Source: an archaeon (lineage in GTDB: Archaea > Asgardarchaeota > Thorarchaeia > Thorarchaeales > Thorarchaeaceae). From it: DNA of 64,000 nt. The notes beneath the pieces were generated by a model that did no database searches, was not told where the DNA came from, and was given only the letters and a program-made list of their open reading frames with translations. Below are positions 1 to 9,900 of the stretch, one piece after another; position 1 is the first letter of the stretch; every line of letters starts with the position of its first letter. The stretch covers positions 32,001-96,000 of the forward strand of contig JAJRWI010000069.1 in NCBI GenBank assembly GCA_024276825.1, in the 5' to 3' direction. A program made the translations under genes and the position numbers.

Positions 1-553
1 CAAGAATCTCCGCTAATCTTGTAAAAACGGTTTCTACTTGCTGTCCTGTCTTTGCACTGGTTTCGTAATACTCGGATTGGAACCAGTCTCTGAGCATCAG
101 TCCCGGTTCTACTGGGACCATACGCTTATCTGAAAGATCGACCTTGTTCGCACAGATTATCAGTGGGGACTCGGGACATATCTCACGAAATAGTGAATAC
201 CAGTTATTCATCGCCATAAAGGTTTCAGGACGAGTGACGTCGTAGATTAGCAAGGCGCCAGAGGCACCCTTTATGAACTGCCGCCTAAGTTCTCGATAAG
301 TGGTCTGGCCACCCATATCCCATATGATGAGTCTAACGTTCTGAACATGACCATCAGGACGATGAAGAACCACATCCTTTTTCGAGAAGGTCGAGCCAAT
401 GGTCTGTTTATATTCGGGGCTGAATGAACCATCAGTATATCTTCTAATCAAAGAAGTCTTGCCCACGCAAGTTTCACCAAGGGCAACTATTCTGAATTTA
501 AAGCCATCAAATACTTCTCCATCGGCAGCGGAGTTGGAAGGGCCCCCACTCAT
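1..553 (-). CDS. Rab/Ras-superfamily small GTPase (3' end runs off the window)
   Basis: Not in the ORF track. Hand translation from ATG at 553 gives MSGGPSNSAADGEVFDGFKFRIVALGETCVGKTSLIRRY...TIGSTF...IWDMGGQ...LIYDVT...NKVDL...ETSAKTG, containing G1 to G5 motifs. Confidence 0.93.
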   Translation of the reverse strand, partial: MSGGPSNSAADGEVFDGFKFRIVALGETCVGKTSLIRRYTDGSFSPEYKQTIGSTFSKKDVVLHRPDGHVQNVRLIIWDMGGQTTYRELRRQFIKGASGALLIYDVTRPETFMAMNNWYSLFREICPESPLIICANKVDLSDKRMVPVEPGLMLRDWFQSEYYETSAKTGQQVETVFTRLAEIL

Positions 554-630
554 AAGATGTTCACCAAATTTTTTATCAGCAAATCTACATCATAGAATCA
601 CTTCAAATGCATTCTTATATCTTTTCTGAG

Positions 631-2292
631 TTAATTAAACACTTTTGGAATTCGTAATTCAAAGGCCACAACAGGATAGATTATGTTGAAATTAGTAAGG
701 ACCTCAGGGGACACCTCGCCAAAGTACCCCAGTTTTTCACCTTCTATCAGGATATCTGCAGACCTTCCATCAATGAATGAAACATCGTCGGATGCAGCAA
801 ATTTGAACCTGCTGTCCAGTCCCATATTGCGTAATAAGAATCCAAGGTTGGTCATCAGTTCTGTCAGATTCACTTGGATGTCAGTGATCAATCCACACAC
901 TGAAGACTGCTGACTTGACCTTGTTTCCATTGATTCATCAGGAGTCACAATATCACCAACTTCGAATATTCGAATTGGCAGGTCCGCATGTTGATTGCGT
1001 GCCACAAAGTCTAGTAGGATGGGGAGAATTGAGTTCCTTAATACAGAGAAATCACGACTCTTGGGATTGCCAGTGGTAATCAGCGGTTCATTTCTCAGCA
1101 TTTTGTCATTTAGCATTTCTGGCGAGCTCATGACAAAACTGAGTATTTCCTGATAACCCATACCTATCATGATATCACGAATCTTGTTCTTGATTCTCGT
1201 GGTGGGCAATACCTTACCTGCAGTCATCGTTGTTGGAAGAGTTGGTTCAAGATTATTGTAGCCATAGCCAATTGCCACATCTTCAATTAGATCAACAGGG
1301 TGCATGATGTCTGTTCGATAAGCGGGGACCCTGACCCTGAGTGTGTTTTTCTTTGCAACCCTAGCAGAATAACCCATCCGACTAAGACATTCAATCACAT
1401 CATTATCAGCAAATTCAATGCCTATGTATCTAGAGGTCATGTCAGTATCAAGGATCATCTCAATTGGAGCAAGGTCGGGGGTTTCATGGATAGTGCCATC
1501 AGGGTATTTTATGGTCACTGACTCAATGGAACCGCCACGTTCCGCAATGCTGGTTATCATTATGTTTAAGGCTTGCTTAACAGTGGGCAGGTGTGTGCCA
1601 GTGACTTCAACGAATATGTTTCGGGTACTAATATCGACCTGACCAAGTGTGTTGCTATTGATTATGGGCGGCAGACTGAGGATGTTTCCCGTGTCATCTG
1701 TCAACAGAGGCCATTTCCTAAAGTTAGAGATGATTGATCCGAACATCTGCCCCTTCTCATGGGTTTCAAGGATTTCGGGGCCATTCATGACCTCATCGTA
1801 TCCAAGAGGAGCAAATCTGATCTTTTCAGGAGTCTGAACAGTGTAATGAACAGGGAAAGTGATGTCATCATATACATAGAGACCAATGCTGGCCTTCTTA
1901 CGATTTCTGCCATGCGTAGTAGTCAGAGCCTCTTGAAGATGCATGTATCCTTTAATTATCTCATCAGAGGTCTTGACATCCTTGACAATTCCACATGCAA
2001 TGAATTCTCTGATCTTCTTCAAGCCCTTTGATACAATCACTTCATTTTTAGACTTCCTTACTGGATACTTTTTCAGACCAGTTTCGATGTTCAAGAATGC
2101 TCTAAGGGCCCGAGCCACACCTTCTGCTGAGAGCATGTCAGGGCGGTCAGGATTGATCTCCAACTCCATTATTCCCTCATCTATCCCCTCGACCTCAACC
2201 TTCAGCATGAACAGGGCATCCTCAAGTTTTTTGATACTCATCTTCCTTCCAGTCAATGCCAACAGATCTGTAATTCTACACTTGATGTTCAT
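631..2292 (-). CDS. pheT: Phenylalanyl-tRNA synthetase beta subunit (archaeal type)
   Basis: NPDRPDMLSAEG, LSLPPIINS and RTDIMHPVDLIEDVAIGYGY motifs; adjacent to pheS. Confidence 0.97.
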   Translation of the reverse strand: MNIKCRITDLLALTGRKMSIKKLEDALFMLKVEVEGIDEGIMELEINPDRPDMLSAEGVARALRAFLNIETGLKKYPVRKSKNEVIVSKGLKKIREFIACGIVKDVKTSDEIIKGYMHLQEALTTTHGRNRKKASIGLYVYDDITFPVHYTVQTPEKIRFAPLGYDEVMNGPEILETHEKGQMFGSIISNFRKWPLLTDDTGNILSLPPIINSNTLGQVDISTRNIFVEVTGTHLPTVKQALNIMITSIAERGGSIESVTIKYPDGTIHETPDLAPIEMILDTDMTSRYIGIEFADNDVIECLSRMGYSARVAKKNTLRVRVPAYRTDIMHPVDLIEDVAIGYGYNNLEPTLPTTMTAGKVLPTTRIKNKIRDIMIGMGYQEILSFVMSSPEMLNDKMLRNEPLITTGNPKSRDFSVLRNSILPILLDFVARNQHADLPIRIFEVGDIVTPDESMETRSSQQSSVCGLITDIQVNLTELMTNLGFLLRNMGLDSRFKFAASDDVSFIDGRSADILIEGEKLGYFGEVSPEVLTNFNIIYPVVAFELRIPKVFN

Positions 2293-2296
2293 TTGC

Positions 2297-3802
2297 TCAC
2301 CTCACGAAATAGGTACGACGTAGCCAATTGAGATCTCTAGTGAAGAGTTGTCGAATGTCCTTTATGTCAAGGGATGCCATATACATGCGGCCCGCCCCAA
2401 GGCCCCATGCAAGTACAGTGTTTTTAATTCCAAGAGGATATGTAACTTCTGGTCTGAATAGCCCACCAGGAGCGACTTCGATCCACCCTAAAACCTCGTG
2501 TTTGGCATAGCCCTCAATAGAAGGTTCTGTGAATGGGAATTGTCCGGGTTTCCATTTCATCTTCTTTAGTCCAACTCTTTTGCAAATCTCGCTGATGTAA
2601 CCCATCAGGTCTCTGAGTGTCAGATTGTGATCACTGATAATGCCTTCACATTGATTGAACTCTTGAGCATGGGTTGCACTAAGAGTTTCAGATCTAAAGT
2701 TTCGATCAATGATGAACATTTTCTGAGGAGGCTCTGGATATTCCCATAGATAACGCATAGAAACAGGAGTTGTGTGAGATCTCAATACAAGGCGGGTAGT
2801 CACTTCTCTTGAGAAGGGGGCTTTCCACCCGGTAGACCCCGTTTTGCCACCGTTTTCATGCGTTGCTTTGAGTTCCTTGAAATATCGTTCATCAGGGATC
2901 TCACCATGATCATAGGGAGATACAACTCGGAACTGGTCCTGAACATCACGTGCAGGATGATCCTGCGGCACAAATAATGCATCATTGTTCCAGAACTCGG
3001 TCTCCACGAATGGGCCGAACCATTCGTTGAACCCAAGACCTACAAGTATCTCCTTGAGCCAATCAATAAACTCTGCATAGGGGTGCTTCTTGCCATAGTT
3101 TGCAAAGGCGGGCTCAAGTTCAACATTAAAGGGTCGAAAAGTCTTCCCCTTCCAAGTGCCAGACATCAACATGTCCGAGGTAAGGTTAGCAATGCCTTCT
3201 GATGCTTTTGATAACATTGCCTGAATCTTGGAGCTCGATTCCTTTACTATCTCTGCGTGGAACACTTTGGTCTTTGTAATCTTGACTAGCTTCCTTTCAA
3301 TGGCCTGCTTTAGAAGCGCATTCATGTTTTTCGGGACTGCATTATTACTCTTGAGATGCTGTAGAAGGTCCCTTAGATTGGTTTCATGGCGGTCGCCCAC
3401 GACTTTCAGGTTTGGAGGACCAGCGCCCTTTTCGATCTGCAGGAGACCCTTACGCTTTGCCCAGTTCATTGCAATGCCTTTTTCTTGTTTAGAGAGCCCA
3501 GCTTCACTGACTGCGGAGTCCATTGAAGCAGAGCCGCCAAGTTTTTGTACTGCATCAAAAAGTCGAAATTCGGGGAGGTCATTCTCTGCATAGCTCAGAC
3601 CCTCATCAGTGAGAGAGTAGGATTCGAACTCATTAATGGTGAGTCTGATAAGGTCACGTTGGGCAAGCGAGTTGAGGATTGAGATTATTCGCTCCTCTTT
3701 CTGGCCAAGTGCTTCAGCAATCTCTCCTGCTGAAACAAGGCCATCTTTGCGCACGAGGTATTCAAGGACCTCTCTTTCACCTGTTGTCAACTGTTCGGAC
3801 AT
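2297..3802 (-). CDS. pheS: Phenylalanyl-tRNA synthetase alpha subunit (archaeal/eukaryotic long form)
   Basis: FWNNDALFVPQDHPARD, LRSHTT, FPFTEPS and AWGLG motifs; N-terminal wHTH domains. Confidence 0.97.
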   Translation of the reverse strand: MSEQLTTGEREVLEYLVRKDGLVSAGEIAEALGQKEERIISILNSLAQRDLIRLTINEFESYSLTDEGLSYAENDLPEFRLFDAVQKLGGSASMDSAVSEAGLSKQEKGIAMNWAKRKGLLQIEKGAGPPNLKVVGDRHETNLRDLLQHLKSNNAVPKNMNALLKQAIERKLVKITKTKVFHAEIVKESSSKIQAMLSKASEGIANLTSDMLMSGTWKGKTFRPFNVELEPAFANYGKKHPYAEFIDWLKEILVGLGFNEWFGPFVETEFWNNDALFVPQDHPARDVQDQFRVVSPYDHGEIPDERYFKELKATHENGGKTGSTGWKAPFSREVTTRLVLRSHTTPVSMRYLWEYPEPPQKMFIIDRNFRSETLSATHAQEFNQCEGIISDHNLTLRDLMGYISEICKRVGLKKMKWKPGQFPFTEPSIEGYAKHEVLGWIEVAPGGLFRPEVTYPLGIKNTVLAWGLGAGRMYMASLDIKDIRQLFTRDLNWLRRTYFVR

Positions 3803-3837
3803 CTGGCACTCAAAACTCCTCTAGTCTGTTGCAATGA

Positions 3838-3955
3838 ATGTACCGCATTTGGCGTCTGACATGAATCAGACAAAGTAGCCCATGGAATCAATAATGAAAT
3901 TGGCGGTACATCCAACCTTCACCTGAATATCAGAGGAGGGTATCGCATGTATAAA
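3838..3955 (-). promoter_or_regulatory. Putative pheST promoter and structured 5' leader
   Basis: TTTATA box at 3955-3950. Perfect 9-bp inverted repeat 3838-3846/3903-3911 encloses a 6-bp hairpin (3854-3859/3866-3871). Short uORFs present. Confidence 0.4.
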
Positions 3956-3985
3956 GATATCGCTCATTAATTGTGGCTCATTCAA

Positions 3986-6900
3986 TCATTCATCCCAATC
4001 AGATGGTAGAGATTCAATAATGCGATTTAGACGCTTTCTAACAAATAGTCCGATTAATGGCAGGACCAGACCACCAGTAAATACAGGAGTTGTTGCAGCA
4101 TCAACCATCAGAGGAATTGGAGCGGACTCGATGACAATATTGAATGTGTCATGATAAGTGGCAATTGCGGGTATTCCAGAGATTGTAAGATTTATTGAAT
4201 AGACTCCTATCACCTCAGCATGAAATGTCAGAGATATGGAGCCCGTTGAGCCCACTACGATCTGTCCCAGTTGAGTTCTATTATCAGGTCTTGTGATCTT
4301 GTAACTCAAAAGCCCAGTCCATGACATATCAGGTCCCAGAATACTGATATTTAGGCATACTGTGCAGTTTGACCCAAGATACGGCGAGATGACCTCAGCA
4401 ACGAAAACATCAACAATTGGCTGGACTTTTATCATTCTCGTCTGATATGCTGGAGCAAAGTTGCTGTCACCATTGAATGAGAAGTTGAGGAGTATCAAGC
4501 CAGCAGGTAAGTCATGTAATTGAATAGTTGCAATGCCTCTAAAACTAGTAGGTATAGAGGTGTCAATAATACACATGCCTTCCAGAAACGCCTTGACTTC
4601 AATCTCAACATTGGATACCTTGGCAGTTGGTGATGATAGAGTAATAGTCGCTCTGACTGGGTTTCCGAAGGTGAACACCCAATCGACATCCACTTCCATG
4701 TCTGTCTGATATCGTGATAGTGTTGTAATCTGGAAGTCGCAACTGGAGATAAACTCATTGCCCTCATAAGAAACAACCAGCGAGTAATTACCAGTAAGCG
4801 TGGGGGTCCAGCTGACCTCTATAACTCCATCATTTGTTTCATACTTCGTGACTGATGACAATGGGCTACCGAGAATCTCATTGCCCAAGGGGTCGTAAAG
4901 GCTTATTGAAACATCGACCGAGTCCAGTGGGATGTCGAGTGAGTCTGTTATGATGAGTGAAATATATTGTTCATGACCAAGGATTCCATCAGCAGAAGCT
5001 TGCTGAATCATTATTTTCGAAACTGTTGTGATGTTGAATGTGAATTCGCCGTGTGTACCAATTCGGGTTGGCGTGTTGGCTACTGATATGCTCAGATGAT
5101 ATTGACCAACAGGTAATTTGAAAACTGACAACCCTGTCCAATTGTTGTCACTCATCAGACGGCTAGATACATCAATTGGATGTGTGCCATTCTCCAACAG
5201 AATTTCAATGTTCAATTGAGATGGTTCAATTGTTTCGCCCATTTCATTCAGGCATATTATTCGTACCGAAGCGTTCAGCGCCCGATCAAACGACTTGGGG
5301 GATTCAAAGGACACAGTAGTTGTTCCAAAGACGAACAGCTCTATTGCAGTGTTTGATGGATGATAATGAGCAGTGCCATTAAATATGAAGATGATTGAAT
5401 AGTTGCCCATATATGGAAATGTAAGATTGAGCTTTTCAGGCATATTACTAGATTGCATTAGTAGCCCGCCATTAACAGGACCAAACTCGGAGTGATAGAT
5501 AGAATAGCCAAGCGAGAACCCTTCAAGGGGAGCGTCATTGGAGTCGGTCAGTAATACAGAGAGAGAAACTACAGTTTCAGAGGCTATCACAGTATCTAGC
5601 TGGGCCTGCACATGAATAAGCGTGCCATATCTTGCGTCGATATTATCAGCCTCATTGCTGGAGAGATAGACACCTGCTCCATCAAAGCTAGCAATGATGG
5701 TCCAGAAACCCTGGTCGTTGATCGAAACAACCCAAGTCACATATCCAGATGAATTGGTTGTCAGGGTGACAGGGCCGATTGTCTTTGTCCCCGGACCAAT
5801 AATCTCAACAGTGAGGTCAAAGCCAGCCATGATAGAGTCCCAATAATCGGTCATTCGTACAACAATAGTGACAGTTTGACCAACTAGAATATCATAATTG
5901 GAAAGGGTGATGTTCAAGTTTATTGGACAGTAGACAGTATGGCTTGATTCGTGATATGCAGAGTGTACTGTGGTTGTTTCCTGGGACTGCAATTCAACGC
6001 GATACAGACCAGAAACTGATGGAGTAAATGTTAGATTAGCAGCCCCGTTTTCTAGCACCAGATTGATAGAATTCGACCATGTTCCAAGTTTGATTAGTAC
6101 ACCATAGGGGTCAGAAAGCCAGACCGTTACGGACACTCCAGATATGATGCCACCAAGGTCATCATGAGCTGAAATCAAGATGATCACATCATCCCCCAAA
6201 GATGGAGGGCTAGGCATGAATTGAACAGAGAGGCTGCAATTGGTCATGACAGTTAACTGAGTTTCCTGACTACCACCAATAGTGAAATATTCTTCATGGG
6301 GTTCAACTCTAAGTGTAAGCATTCCTGTAGTATGATTAGCAAAATATGTCATTCGGGCAGTGCCATTCTCATCAGTGATCGTAGTGCTAGACCATACAGG
6401 CAGAAGGTCTATGCCTAGAAGGGCAAAATCCACTTGAATATTAGAAACATCACTCTCAGCGGCCATCTGATAGACAAACTCAACTGATGTGAAGAGATCA
6501 ATATTATCAGCTGACAATGCAAGATTAGCTGACACCATTTCAAGGACCGATATATAGACATTAGTTGAATTCTCTAAGTAAAGGAATGATGGGCTATGGT
6601 AGATCATTATCCTTGCCAATCCGCGGGCCGCAGGAGTCCAGTGAGTCTGAGTTGTCCCATCATTACTTAGAAATACAGATTGAAAGACCAGTGTATCATT
6701 CATATAAATGGACATTGTCAGGTTTCTTCCAGAGATATATTGACCAAGTTTGTCGAGAATTCCAGTATCTATAGACAGGGTTTCGCCAAGAATAACTGAT
6801 GGTGCAACACTGAGTTTAAAGTTTGGCGTGACATAGACCTGCTGAATCTGAACAATCTCTGCAGGTGCATTCAGATCTGCACCCGGATAGGAAGCGGTTA

Positions 6901-9900
6901 TCATAAAGTCCCCAATATTATTGAATGTGTAAGATATAACGCATATGCCATCCGCATCAGTGATTAGTTCTGATGAGTAGATGACAGTTTCGTCAGAATC
7001 TCTTATTGAAAAAGACACTTCCGAATTGCTCAGCGGAACCCCTTGCCAATTTATTAGAGAGATTATGATACCCCGTGTGGAAGTCTGTATTAGCGGCGAA
7101 GTTGGATTAATGTTTATCTCAGTAATGCCAAGTACAGTTTTGGATATTTGGTTAGTAGAGCTCAACAGAAAGTCTTGAGAGTCGAAAGTTGAAATGACAG
7201 ATAAAGTGCCGGGATGCGAGAGTGTGAAGCTGATAATGATAATGCCATGTTCATTTGTTATGTCTGTATTATCGAAAAAGATCTCGCCATCCAAGAATAA
7301 CTGAGTTGATATACTCATATTAAAAACTGGATATCCCAGAGAGTCAACCAGTTGCACTTGAAGTGTTGCATTATCAACTGCTCTTAGAGGGCCATCCCAT
7401 TCGATAAGGAGTGCTGATGACTCACAGACCTCCACCAAATTTATTGAGCTGGCAGATTCATACCACAATTGACGAGAAGATGATGTATTGATTATTATTG
7501 AACCACGAACATCCGGAGTCCAAGAAACATTCAGATGACCATCGTCATCTGTTAGGCCCGAAATACTTAGTCCTTGGGTTGTGACATTGACAAGAATGTT
7601 CGTGACAGGAGTGCTGAGATGATTTGTGGCAAGAACATCAATCCATGATTGAATGCCAACCTGCAGATTCGTGCCCACTTCGACTGTGAGCATCAGTGGG
7701 ATATAGGTGTCTGTGTTTTTAGCGATAGAGGCAGACCCGCGAGATATGCTTCCTTCATAGATTGACTCTATCTTATACGAGCCAGCTGTGTCAGGAGTCC
7801 AGTTGTAGGCTATTGTTCCGTCCTGAGAAGTGGTCAATGTGATGTTGATTATTTGCGTTGAGGGCAAGTATGTGATTATCAAGATGAGTGTTTCTGATGA
7901 AAGAGAATAGTTCATCGAGTCCAACAGCCGTGCACCTATTAGGTAGGACTGATCTACGAGGGTATCAGATGGAATGCCGGTTAGTTGAAGATTGCTTGAA
8001 CTCCATGAAACTATATTATCATTTGAATCACAGAATTGAAGATGCAGAGTTCCAGCAAAGTTGGCATTGATTGAGTAGACACCATTCTCGCCAAGATAGA
8101 TTGTGAACTCAATTTGTCCATTGATGTCTGTAATTAAGTAGTCATCCATGATGATAGCTCCCGTCGGAGATCTAACATTGATGAGAATCTGTTCATCAGA
8201 TAGATTCTCCCCAGACAGGGTGGAGAGGGTGAGATTTACTGTGATGTTCGAATATTGGTTCTGTGATTCAACATTCTGCCAAGTTATCCGAGTTGGCTCT
8301 GAAACAATTATATCCCCACTGAATTCTGAGGACTCAATCGTTCCATTTCGGGAGAACAGAAGCCTGTAGGTGAAGGTCCCACGCGTATCAGGGGTCCAAT
8401 TGAAAGTACTGACACCCTCTATTGACTTGTCGCTTGCAGAGTACACAAGAGTAGATCCATAATAGACCTCAAAATTCACAGTCTGAGAGGCGATAAACGA
8501 GCCATTTTCTTGAAAGTGCAATGACCAGTTCACTATTGCTGATGTGGATAGTTCCGAATAAACCACGCTGTCCGCAACGAAATATGTGGGCCTAGGGGCA
8601 TTAAGAACAATAGGCTCGCTGATAAGTAGAGATTCACACCACGCCCTATCAAGTATGACATTTAAATCGTAATTTCCCTCTGTAAGGTCACTGGTGGGGA
8701 TCTCAATGTTGAATGATGAAACCTGATCGTAATAGTACCATTCCTTATAGAATGATTGATTTCCGACTCTAACAGTCAAATTCGTTGGACCTGCTGGTTT
8801 GCCTGTATCAAGAGCCCATGTGACTGTTGAGTTAATCATATCGCCAATGAGAGCAGATGAGTTGAACACTTCCAGTGATCCATTCAATGAACCTGTAGTG
8901 TTTACTTCGGTCCTTGCGAATGCCCGACAATCACCGTAGTCATTCAACATTATAGAGATGTTAGAGGAACCCAAGACATCTTGAGTTTGTGGGACTTGGA
9001 TGATTAGAGTGTCACTGTTAGCTACATTATCAAACTTGAATATTTCATTGAATGCAGATACTTGAACAGTGTGCGAAACTTTGGTTGAATTAATTGAGAT
9101 ATCAATTGACAACCCTTGTCCAATATGTGAATAACCGACTGATGTGATTGCAATGTTCTGTCCTGTAGGTTTCATCAATCTTAACCTGAGCCCAAGAATT
9201 GAAACCATTTCCAATACATCAGCTGTAAAGACTGGCTGCCAGAAATCTGTCGAGTTGAACCAGCCATCGATAAAACTATTCTGCAGGAGATCTTCTATCA
9301 GCGAGATGTTGAATATATCTAGGCTAATTGTGAACGAGGAGTTTAGTAGGGCTATTGTTGCCACATCACGGGATAGGGCCCACAGATCATCATATTGTAC
9401 CCTATTCGCTATCACTGATGCAATCTCGTTAGCCATTGCAGTGGTAATCAGATCAAGACGTAATGCAGTTCTTGTAGATAGATAGTCTATGGCAGACTGC
9501 TTTTTGGCGAATGGAAGTATAGTCCATGATTGAGAAGACCATCTTCCACTCTGATACTCGTTCATGACTGCAGATTCAAGTTGTGTTCTATAGGATATGG
9601 AATCAAGACCATCTAGAAGGTTCAATGCTTCAATAGCAGCAACAGAGTACTGCATTGATGGTGTCCAGATGAACGAGTCCATGGGTCTGAAATGTCCCGA
9701 TGATGCTTGACATTGTTGAATCTGTGATATAGCTGAAGTTCGCATTGCATTATCGAGAATAAATCCACAGGCGTTGGTCAGTTCAACGCCGAACAATTGA
9801 GACCACACACTTAGATCAAAATACTGAGTTGATGAGATATACGAGGCATATTCTTGAGGAACATGTGTTGTGATATTGACCAGATCAGGATATTCTGACC

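Noticed and set aside
3838-3925. Canonical T-box riboswitch
   Set aside because: GGTTGGATGTACCGC only loosely resembles the T-box motif, lies 5' of the UUC loop (wrong order), and the leader is too short.
3816-3938. Anti-SD pairing CTCCTCT/AGAGGAG over the pheS ribosome-binding site
   Set aside because: The 5' arm (3932-3938) probably lies upstream of the TSS predicted from the TATA box.
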